From Eledone cirrhosa (taxonomy: Eukaryota): a DNA stretch of 35,200 nucleotides. Within the stretch, counting starts at the first letter, position 1. Each line of letters opens with the position of its first letter. Below the pieces are notes generated by a model that was not told the origin of the DNA, did no database searches, and saw nothing but the letters and a program-made list of their open reading frames with translations. The translations under genes and the position numbers were made by a program. Of this stretch, positions 22,946 to 35,200 are shown piece by piece. Location of the stretch: positions 1 to 35,200 of the forward strand of contig CAXHJY010001580.1 of the NCBI GenBank assembly GCA_964016885.1, in the 5' to 3' direction.

Positions 22946-25386
22946 TTAATTAGGTTTATAATATTTAAATGTTTTTTTTAGTTTATGATTACACGATATA
23001 ATTAATTCCTGTCGTTTATTTAATAAGATATCCTTAGACTTCATTATTTCAAATAGTTCTTGGGAACATAATCTACATTCATTTCTATTATTTTGATAAG
23101 GGGTGGCTCTTTTGAGCACACTCCAGGTCAAATCATATTCTATATTCTTATTTTTATAACTATTGATTTTTTCTGCTAGAGATGTTGTATTAGCCAGTGC
23201 GGCATTTTTAAAACTATGCTTGTGGGTATTAAACCTTGTCTTAAAATTGTTAGAGGTAGCTCCTATATATGAGCAAATAGAATCTTTAGTTTTAACATTA
23301 CATTTATAGACTATGTTGTTAACAAGACAATTCCCTTTTAATGGGCAGTTTGCTTTGTTTCTACAGTTACATCCTTTCGTTAATTCTGTATTTGAGGAGA
23401 TATTATGGTTAATTTGATGTACTGGTGGTATACTTATGGTTTTCTTACATTTATATGCATTATAGGCACTTATATTTTGTTTTATGTTATTTGTTGTAGA
23501 GTATGAGAATTTAACTGTAGACCTATTTAAGATTTGATGGTATTTGTGGTTTGGCGGGAAGTTTTTCTCAAGGATATAAAAAAATTTTTTAGCAATATTA
23601 TCCTTAACTTGTAAATTAAAAGGAGCATTATACCAAGTAACCCGTCTATTACGGTTTCTATGTTGTTTATTATTTTTATTATTTTTATAGGTTGTATCGT
23701 GATTTTTACTAGGAGGATTAATGTTAATGATCTCACCACAACTATTTTTAGTTATATTTGTAGATTTAGGTGTTTTATCCTTTTTATTAGGAGTTTTATT
23801 ATTAATATTTATTAGAGTTGTATGATGAGTAGTTTTTTGAGAGTTACTATACTTTATATTAGAAGATTTGGTATTTTGGGGTATAGTGTGGGTGGCATTT
23901 AGGTGTGTACTTTTCATTTGGTGTTTGTTGGTAATATTATGTTGTATGCTTTCAGTATTTTTAGTAGAAGGTATATACTCTAATCTATTTTTGTGGCCAC
24001 TTCTATCTAGAGCTTCGTTATAGAAGGTCGCATTTTTATCAAATACATCTTGGTTAGAAGAAAGGTTAGAAATTCTAAGTGATATATTATATGCAAGGTT
24101 TTTAAGGATAGATTTAGGGTGATTAGATTGTGAGTGTATGTAATGTAAGTTTTGGTTAGGTTTATGGTAAGGTTGGTAGATACCCGTAGCTAAATCTAAA
24201 GTTATATCTAGGAAATTTACTACTTTACTTGTTTTTTCAAAAGTAATATTAAGATTATAATAGTCTTTAAGGAAAGTTCTAATATGTTTTTTGTTTTTTT
24301 CAATTTCTGAAAGGCTAAGGTTGTTAGAAAGAAGAAGACAGTCATCACGATATAAACCACCTTTGAGGTGGGGAAAAGAGGCATTTATGTTGAAAAGGAG
24401 AAGAGGCCCACAAGATCAGTAATTTGGGCGGAATCGCTTGAACCCATAGTAATATCAAAAAGATTACTATATGTGTTTCTGGTCCAGTATTCATTCTGAA
24501 ATTCAATAAGTGTTAGTCTAGCATGTGTAATAATATTAATGTCATCCAAAGTTAAGTTAGATCTATTTTTAGCAAATATCAATGCTTTGTTCAGGAGTAT
24601 AGGTGATATAGAAGAATAGTAATTATCTATATCAAATTGTAGGAATGAAGCAGAAGATTTACACCTAATATTTTTAAACCAGTTAATTACCTGGGAGGTG
24701 TTTTCCCAGAGTGGTAAAATAACGTGTTTTCTTATTTGTGGGATGACTCTATCTAAAATTTTTTTGCTAATTATTCCAATATCTGATTTGGAGGGACATA
24801 TAAGTCTAATAGAAGGATTTGAGTTAAAGTTAGATTTGTGATCCTTCAGGTTGAAGTGTGGTCTTTTCAATGCCAAAGGTTCAGTTCTATCTTCAATGTT
24901 TAGTTTTTTTACTATGTTGTGTGTTTTGTTGTTGATGTTGGTGAGTGACACATTATTAGATTTTTTATAATTTTTTCTGAGTTCTTTATATATGAATTCA
25001 TTATAATGTTCAATATCCATATGATACAAGTTACCAGTTTTGTCCGAGTGGACATGGATTTTTTTAGACTTTTTTAGGTTCAATAGGGTAGAATCAAGTT
25101 CCTTTTGAAAGACGGATTTATACTTTTTAAATTTGAGGTGTTTAATTAAATTAAAAAGGTCTTTCTCGAAGTCTTCAAGTAAAAAGTTGTGTGGTGGATT
25201 CTTGTAAGTATTGAAATCATACATATATTTCCGATCTGCTTGTTTAGATTTTCTATCGAAGTGGTAGGCTCTCCATCTAACCCTTCTGATAAAATTATTA
25301 GTTTTCTGAATCATAAGGAGTAAGAAGTCATCCTTAGAAGGTATTGGTATGTTTTTTAAGGAGGTTCCTAAATATTGTTTTTCCAT
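22946..25386 (-). pseudogene. PLE reverse transcriptase-GIY-YIG polyprotein (~813 aa if repaired), one -1 frameshift at ~24388-24415
   Basis: N-half motifs: SLKNIPIPS, RVRWRA, SDKT, LKDHK..F...P..RLI, FDIDNYYSSI, TMGSSDSAQITDLVG. The -1 frame continues GGLYRDD (24352-24341), VNFLDITL, SNHP, WYNAPF, CNC...CPL.G.C, IVY...YIG and CRLC with no stop until 22946. Confidence 0.92.
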
Positions 25387-25729
25387 TGTGATATGGATGA
25401 TGGACAATTGAAAGAGCTCAACTAAATGTATATGGGTTTACAAAATCATACATATATATATGTATATACATAAATATAAAATTAATACACACATACAGTA
25501 CAAAAATACGAATATTTCCGTGAAAATAGGAGCAAAATTATGTAGATAAATCTACCAAGAGTTTACGGTAGTGTCCAATCCGTATGAAGAACTCAATGTA
25601 TTCCGGATATCATGGAAAGAAGAGATGTAATGAAAAATCACTTTCGGTGAAAGATAAACGGTATACAGAGTCAAGATAAAATATTAAACAAATAATGAAT
25701 AAACAATTCCTTATATTAAACAAAAAAAG

Positions 25730-25883
25730 TTCATTATTTAACGATCGTTTCTAGGATATATATGTGTTAGAATTGGTATGCATATTCAACAGATCTATGT
25801 ACAAAATTATACAAAATTATACAAATTATCAAGATTAAATATACATACCAACACATATATACGCCGTCTTCAGAAATAATGAA
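25730..25883 (-). ncRNA. Type I hammerhead ribozyme, unit 2
   Basis: Same as 18650-18803. Confidence 0.82.
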
Positions 25884-26806
25884 GTATATTTATTGATAAT
25901 AACAACAATTCAAAATTTCAGGTCCGTTTGGGAACAAAATTGACCAATGAAAACACAAAGGGTTAAATGCAGTTCGGTGTGTGTATATACATGCAAAACC
26001 CCCACACATATTTTACAAAAATGTATGTATAATTTGCATACGCATACTAAAAGGATGGATGCAAATACAAAATTTCAAGGTTAATGTCTCTGTAAGTTTA
26101 TAATGCACAGATAAGATGCGTATTGACACAAGTATGAAATTAAGTATATAAATATATTTTTTCATACTCACACATATCCGTACAATCACACATACACGCG
26201 CGTATATGCATAAATATACACATAACCACGAACATACAAACACACACACACCCCCACTCACATTTATATATGTGGATATAAAATCATAAGCACATGGATA
26301 TTAATTCACTCACATAAAACACTGGCACACACATTTTTAGATCAAGATACAGAAATTAGGTGGGAGGGGGGGGGGGGAGAGGTCAGTATTCAACGGTCTG
26401 AGCAGACTGCCTAATATAGATGTATCTATAAACTAAGAAAATAAAAAAATAAAAAAATAAAAAAATAAAAAAATAAAAAATAATAAATAAACATTAAAGA
26501 GGAAAGAATAGAAAGAAAAAAGAAAAAAGAAAAAAGAAAAAAGAAATATATCAAGAAAATATATATATATATATATATATACATATATATACACATACAT
26601 ATATATATATATATATATACACACACATATATATATAATATACATATATATACACATAGACACACACACACACATACATAAATATTCACACATATACAAA
26701 CACATACATACATATACACACATCCACACTAAGAACATACATACACACACATATATAAACATATACATATACACACATACATACATATACACATATACAT
26801 ACAAAT

Positions 26807-26857
<51 letters not shown>

Positions 26858-27170
26858 TATGTATATACACGTACATATACACACACATATACATATAATC
26901 ACACATACTATATAGACACACATATATATAACCACACACATACATGCACTTATACAACACTTACATACTAATATACATACAGATATACACATACATAGCT
27001 ATATATACACACAAATATATACAGACTTACATATATACATACAGACAAATACTTACGCATCTATATATCGGTATATACATACAAACACCACTACACTATC
27101 ACACAACTTAGAAATACAAAGAGAAAGGTATATAACTATACACACATACATATACAAATAGAAAAACATA

Positions 27171-27206
<36 letters not shown>

Positions 27207-27489
27207 TATATATATACATATATATATATAACATATATATATATATATATATACACATACATATACACATACACACACATACACATACACACACATACAT
27301 ACATGTACACACACATAGAAATATATACGCATACACACATACACACATATATATAAAGTCATACACACACAAACACCTACACGAACATACACATACACAT
27401 ATATAAAGATATATATACACACACACACACACACAACACATACACACATACACATATATATAAAAAAAATAAATAATAAAGATATATAC

Positions 27490-27558
<69 letters not shown>

Positions 27559-27905
27559 CATATATATATACATACACATACATACACACATACATAGACA
27601 TACATGTACATACATACACGTACATCGATATACATACATATATATATACACACATAGACATATACATACATACACACACAACTTACATACACACATATAT
27701 ATACATGTATATTCATACATAGAATTAGATATATAATCATACACACATATGCACTTACTTATACTCATATATACAAATACATACGCATCCATATATGCGT
27801 ATATACATAAAAACACCACTACAACCTCACCTAACTCAGACATACAAATAAAAATAAAAAGGCATATGTATATACATATATACACGCATTAATAGAGACA
27901 TATAT

Positions 27906-27959
<54 letters not shown>

Positions 27960-28196
27960 ATTCATATATATATATATATAGATACCCACACACACATACC
28001 ACCATAAATACACATACAAACACCCACATATATATATATATACACACGTATATATATATATATATATACACACACATAAAAAACAGACATGCACATATAT
28101 ATATATTTTTTTACACTTATATATACACATATTATATACACATACACAACCTCACATATACACACATACACATAAGTTATATTATAATAATAAAAA

Positions 28197-28235
<39 letters not shown>

Positions 28236-28320
28236 CATATATATATATATATATACATATAAACATATACATACATATATACACACATACGAATATAGAC
28301 ATATAATCACACATAGACAC

Positions 28321-28359
<39 letters not shown>

Positions 28360-28568
28360 TACATATACACAGACACATATACACACTCACATATATATGT
28401 GTGTGCACACACACATATATACACACATACACATATATACACATAAACACATATATGTGCATACATGCACACACACACACATATATCACATAGATACGAA
28501 GATAGACATATAAATAGAGAGACATACATATATATACAACACACATACACACACATACATACACACAC

Positions 28569-28602
<34 letters not shown>

Positions 28603-28610
28603 TTCTATAT

Positions 28611-28655
<45 letters not shown>

Positions 28656-30024
28656 CATACACATATACATACACACATTCACATACACATACATATATAC
28701 ATGCATATATACACATATATACATACATACACACACTCATATATACACACACAATCTTACATTCATATTTGCATGCGCATATATGTATTTTTATATTCAG
28801 ATATAAATACCCAAACCTATATAGACACCTACCTACATATATATTCATACATACACGCTTACAAATACAGATGATAATAGTATGGGGGAAAGGGGGGGTT
28901 TGGAGAAGGGGATCATAGTAAATATATGTTTCAAGAAACATAGAATATTTTCCGTATCTTGATCCAATGTATGTTTTTACATAGTTTCAGTGTTAGGAAA
29001 TACAATAAACAAGAACTAAGGCAAAATCTATGCATCTCAAAATAAACAAGTATACCATTAATTATATGTTAACTAAACCAAAGATAGTTAACATATTGAT
29101 TTCTAAGGTGTAAATTAGTTAGGTTTATAATATTTGAAGCAGAATTTTGAAGTTAAATAGTAGTAGAGTATTAATTATAGTATAACTAAATTAAAGTTAA
29201 TAACGTTATGGTATCAATATTAGGAAATGAATTTAGTAATAGGGAAAAAACAAATAAAATAAAGTATTACATCGGTAGTAGAATATAAATTATAGGTTAA
29301 CTAAATTAAAAATTATATATTTATTTCTATAGTATATGTTAATTAGGTATATAATACATAAAACAGATATTGTATTTTATCAATAGCATAATATAATTAT
29401 ATGCAAATAGACATCAAAATTAATACACATACATATACATATACATACACATACATATATACATATATATACACATATATATATATATACATATATACAC
29501 ACATACATACACACACACATACACATACACATATACATATACATATCTTTTTCAAAAAATTGCATAGAATATATTAACTAGGTATATATCCAAAACACAT
29601 CCCATTCTATGATTACATGACTTTCTGCAATTCGTCTGTATAAGGATACTAATTTTAAGCAAATTAAAATTAAATTTTTAGGTTGATTAAAATTAAAACC
29701 AAATTATAAATATATTTCTAAAATGTATATTAATTAGGTCTATAATACTAAAAATTATTTCTCTGTCATTGGATACACGATATTATTTTGTTATATTTTA
29801 TCTGTAAAAGAATTATAATAAAAAAAAAATTATAATAAAAGGTTTAAATAAATTAAAATTAATCTATAAATTAAATTACTAAGTATATATTAGTAATATT
29901 TAAAGGTTTTTCACAATTTATGATTACATAATATTTTATATTCTCATCTGTAATAAAATTTTAATTAAATTAAATTTATAGGTTAAATAACATTTAAATT
30001 AAATTAATTTCTAAAATAATGTTA

Positions 30025-32465
30025 TTAATTAGGTTTATAATATTTAAATGTTTTTTTTAGTTTATGATTACACGATATAATTAATTCCTGTCGTTTATTT
30101 AATAAGATATCCTTAGACTTCATTATTTCAAATAGTTCTTGGGAACATAATCTACATTCATTTCTATTATTTTGATAAGGGGTGGCTCTTTTGAGCACAC
30201 TCCAGGTCAAATCATATTCTATATTCTTATTTTTATAACTATTGATTTTTTCTGCTAGAGATGTTGTATTAGCCAGTGCGGCATTTTTAAAACTATGCTT
30301 GTGGGTATTAAACCTTGTCTTAAAATTGTTAGAGGTAGCTCCTATATATGAGCAAATAGAATCTTTAGTTTTAACATTACATTTATAGACTATGTTGTTA
30401 ACAAGACAATTCCCTTTTAATGGGCAGTTTGCTTTGTTTCTACAGTTACATCCTTTCGTTAATTCTGTATTTGAGGAGATATTATGGTTAATTTGATGTA
30501 CTGGTGGTATACTTATGGTTTTCTTACATTTATATGCATTATAGGCACTTATATTTTGTTTTATGTTATTTGTTGTAGAGTATGAGAATTTAACTGTAGA
30601 CCTATTTAAGATTTGATGGTATTTGTGGTTTGGCGGGAAGTTTTTCTCAAGGATATAAAAAAATTTTTTAGCAATATTATCCTTAACTTGTAAATTAAAA
30701 GGAGCATTATACCAAGTAACCCGTCTATTACGGTTTCTATGTTGTTTATTATTTTTATTATTTTTATAGGTTGTATCGTGATTTTTACTAGGAGGATTAA
30801 TGTTAATGATCTCACCACAACTATTTTTAGTTATATTTGTAGATTTAGGTGTTTTATCCTTTTTATTAGGAGTTTTATTATTAATATTTATTAGAGTTGT
30901 ATGATGAGTAGTTTTTTGAGAGTTACTATACTTTATATTAGAAGATTTGGTATTTTGGGGTATAGTGTGGGTGGCATTTAGGTGTGTACTTTTCATTTGG
31001 TGTTTGTTGGTAATATTATGTTGTATGCTTTCAGTATTTTTAGTAGAAGGTATATACTCTAATCTATTTTTGTGGCCACTTCTATCTAGAGCTTCGTTAT
31101 AGAAGGTCGCATTTTTATCAAATACATCTTGGTTAGAAGAAAGGTTAGAAATTCTAAGTGATATATTATATGCAAGGTTTTTAAGGATAGATTTAGGGTG
31201 ATTAGATTGTGAGTGTATGTAATGTAAGTTTTGGTTAGGTTTATGGTAAGGTTGGTAGATACCCGTAGCTAAATCTAAAGTTATATCTAGGAAATTTACT
31301 ACTTTACTTGTTTTTTCAAAAGTAATATTAAGATTATAATAGTCTTTAAGGAAAGTTCTAATATGTTTTTTGTTTTTTTCAATTTCTGAAAGGCTAAGGT
31401 TGTTAGAAAGAAGAAGACAGTCATCACGATATAAACCACCTTTGAGGTGGGGAAAAGAGGCATTTATGTTGAAAAGGAGAAGAGGCCCACAAGATCAGTA
31501 ATTTGGGCGGAATCGCTTGAACCCATAGTAATATCAAAAAGATTACTATATGTGTTTCTGGTCCAGTATTCATTCTGAAATTCAATAAGTGTTAGTCTAG
31601 CATGTGTAATAATATTAATGTCATCCAAAGTTAAGTTAGATCTATTTTTAGCAAATATCAATGCTTTGTTCAGGAGTATAGGTGATATAGAAGAATAGTA
31701 ATTATCTATATCAAATTGTAGGAATGAAGCAGAAGATTTACACCTAATATTTTTAAACCAGTTAATTACCTGGGAGGTGTTTTCCCAGAGTGGTAAAATA
31801 ACGTGTTTTCTTATTTGTGGGATGACTCTATCTAAAATTTTTTTGCTAATTATTCCAATATCTGATTTGGAGGGACATATAAGTCTAATAGAAGGATTTG
31901 AGTTAAAGTTAGATTTGTGATCCTTCAGGTTGAAGTGTGGTCTTTTCAATGCCAAAGGTTCAGTTCTATCTTCAATGTTTAGTTTTTTTACTATGTTGTG
32001 TGTTTTGTTGTTGATGTTGGTGAGTGACACATTATTAGATTTTTTATAATTTTTTCTGAGTTCTTTATATATGAACTCATTATAATGTTCAATATCCATA
32101 TGATACAAGTTACCAGTTTTGTCCGAGTGGACATGGATTTTTTTAGACTTTTTTAGGTTCAATAGGGTAGAATCAAGTTCCTTTTGAAAGACGGATTTAT
32201 ACTTTTTAAATTTGAGGTGTTTAATTAAATTAAAAAGGTCTTTCTCGAAGTCTTCAAGTAAAAAGTTGTGTGGTGGATTCTTGTAAGTATTGAAATCATA
32301 CATATATTTCCGATCTGCTTGTTTAGATTTTCTATCGAAGTGGTAGGCTCTCCATCTAACCCTTCTGATAAAATTATTAGTTTTCTGAATCATAAGGAGT
32401 AAGAAGTCATCCTTAGAAGGTATTGGTATGTTTTTTAAGGAGGTTCCTAAATATTGTTTTTCCAT
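30025..32465 (-). pseudogene. PLE RT-GIY-YIG polyprotein, same frameshift (~31467-31494)
   Basis: Same two ORFs and the same break as unit 1. Confidence 0.92.
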
Positions 32466-32619
32466 TGTGATATGGATGATGGACAATTGAAAGAGCTCAA
32501 CTAAATGTATATGGGTTTACAAAATCATACATATATATATGTATATACATAAATATAAAATTAATACACACATACAGTACAAAAATACGAATATTTCCGT
32601 GAAAATAGGAGCAAAATTA

Positions 32620-33884
32620 TGTAGATAAATCTACCAAGAGTTTACGGTAGTGTCCAATCCGTATGAAGAACTCAATGTATTCCGGATATCATGGAAAGAA
32701 GAGATGTAATGAAAAATCACTTTCGGTGAAAGATAAACGGTATACAGAGTCAAGATAAAATATTAAACAAATAATGAATAAACAATTCCTTATATTAAAC
32801 AAAAAAAGTTCATTATTTAACGATCGTTTCTAGGATATATATGTGTTAGAATTGGTATGCATATTCAACAGATCTATGTACAAAATTATACAAAATTATA
32901 CAAATTATCAAGATTAAATATACATACCAACACATATATACGCCGTCTTCAGAAATAATGAAGTATATTTATTGATAATAACAACAATTCAAAATTTCAG
33001 GTCCGTTTGGGAACAAAATTGACCAATGAAAACACAAAGGGTTAAATGCAGTTCGGTGTGTGTATATACATGCAAAACCCCCACACATATTTTACAAAAA
33101 TGTATGTATAATTTGCATACGCATACTAAAAGGATGGATGCAAATACAAAATTTCAAGGTTAATGTCTCTGTAAGTTTATAATGCACAGATAAGATGCGT
33201 ATTGACACAAGTATGAAATTAAGTATATAAATATATTTTTTCATACTCACACATATCCGTACAATCACACATACACGCGCGTATATGCATAAATATACAC
33301 ATAACCACGAACATACAAACACACACACACCCCCACTCACATTTATATATGTGGATATAAAATCATAAGCACATGGATATTAATTCACTCACATAAAACA
33401 CTGGCACACACATTTTTAGATCAAGATACAGAAATTAGGTGGGAGGGGGGGGGGGGGAGGTCAGTATTCAACGGTCTGAGCAGACTGCCTAATATAGATG
33501 TATCTATAAACTAAGAAAATAAAAAAATAAAAAAATAAAAAAATAAAAAATAAAAAATAATAAATAAACATTAAAGAGGAAAGAATAGAAAGAAAAAAGA
33601 AAAAAGAAAAAAGAAAAAAGAAATATATCAAGAAAATATATATATATATATATATATACATATATATACACATACATATATATATATATATATATACACA
33701 CACATATATATATAATATACATATATATACACATAGACACACACACAGCACATACATAAATATTCACACATATACAAACACATACATACATATACACACA
33801 TCCACACTAAGAACATACATACACACACATATATAAACATATACATATACACACATACATACATATACACATATACATACAAAT

Positions 33885-33933
<49 letters not shown>

Positions 33934-34249
33934 TATGTATATACACGTACATATACACACACATATACATATAATCACACATACTATATAGACACACATA
34001 TATATAACCACACACATACATGCACTTATACAACACTTACATACTAATATACATACAGATATACACATACATAGCTATATATACACACAAATATATACAG
34101 ACTTACATATATACATACAGACAAATACTTACGCATCTATATATCGGTATATACATACAAACACCACTACACTATCACACAACTTAGAAATACAAAGAGA
34201 AAGGTATATAACTATACACACATACATATACAAATAGAAAAACATATAG

Positions 34250-34280
<31 letters not shown>

Positions 34281-34563
34281 TATATATATACATATATATA
34301 TATAACATATATATATATATATATATACACATACATATACACATACACACACATACACATACACACACATACATACATGTACACACACATAGAAATATAT
34401 ACGCATACACACATACACACATATATATAAAGTCATACACACACAAACACCTACACGAACATACACATACACATATATAAAGATATATATACACACACAC
34501 ACACACACAACACATACACACATACACATATATATAAAAAAAATAAATAATAAAGATATATAC

Positions 34564-34613
<50 letters not shown>

Positions 34614-34970
34614 TATATACATACATATATATATACATACACATACATACACACATACATAGACATACATGTACATACATACACGTACATCGATATACAT
34701 ACATATATATATACACACATAGACATATACATACATACACACACAACTTACATACACACATATATATACAAGTATATTCATACATAGAATTAGATATATA
34801 ATCATACACACATATGCACTTACTTATACTCATATATACAAATACATACGCATCCATATATGCGTATATACATAAAAACACCACTACAACCTCACCTAAC
34901 TCAGACATACAAATAAAAATAAAAAGGCATATGTATATACATATATACACGCATTAATAGAGACATATAT

Positions 34971-35028
<58 letters not shown>

Positions 35029-35200
35029 ATTCATATATATATATATATAGATACCCACACACACATACCACCATAAATACACATACAAACACCCACATAT
35101 ATATATATATACACACGTATATATATATATATATATACACACACATAAAAAACAGACATGCACATATATATATATATATTTTTTTACACTTATATATACA
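32620..35200 (-). mobile_element. Naiad-type PLE unit 3 (3' UTR portion; continues beyond the window)
   Basis: Near-identical to the first ~2.6 kb of units 1 and 2. Confidence 0.9.
32809..32962 (-). ncRNA. Type I hammerhead ribozyme, unit 3
   Basis: Same as 18650-18803. Confidence 0.82.

Larger units (their letters stand above)
18461..25540 (-). mobile_element. Naiad-type Penelope-like retroelement, full unit 1 (7,080 bp)
   Basis: The unit is defined by recurrence of TGTAGATAAATCTACCAAGAG at 18461, 25541 and 32620. It contains RT and GIY-YIG coding sequence and an HHR near the 3' end. Confidence 0.93.
25541..32619 (-). mobile_element. Naiad-type PLE, full unit 2 (7,079 bp)
   Basis: Near-identical to unit 1, with identical ORF translations. 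Confidence 0.93.

Noticed and set aside
22946-25407. Selenoprotein recoding as described for some Naiad elements; also two separate genes
   Set aside because: There is no in-frame TGA in the reconstructed ORF, the Cys sites are ordinary codons, and the break is a frameshift ending in TAA. The two ORFs are halves of one polyprotein.

Overview
Eukaryotic, AT- and microsatellite-rich intergenic DNA with no host gene that I can support. The repeat types resemble those of octopod cephalopods, but that is an inference from recalled SINE motifs. Almost all ORFs in the supplied track are translations of (TA)n/(CA)n microsatellites. The real content is a nest of Penelope-like retroelements (PLEs) and hammerhead-ribozyme (HHR) repeats, most abutting (TA)n tracts. 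(1) 18461-35200 is a head-to-tail array of ~2.4 copies of a ~7.08-kb Naiad-type PLE on the minus strand. It encodes RT (GLYRDD) plus a C-terminal GIY-YIG; both full copies share one -1 frameshift. Its ~4.5-kb 3' UTR carries a microsatellite block closed by a strand-specific long-range helix, and a long-stem-II HHR. (2) 13893-17416 is a near-perfect 466-bp tandem array (~7.5 units). Each full unit holds a minimal type I HHR downstream of octamer/PSE-like/TATA motifs, i.e. a candidate non-autonomous retrozyme. A diverged solo relative with a Penelope-style inversion lies at 8760-9237. (3) 5'-truncated PLE fragments from three or four further families, each with an HHR-like motif. (4) RTE-type LINE tails, a tRNA-derived SINE and a possible Helitron end. 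I count 17 HHR-like motifs by eye.
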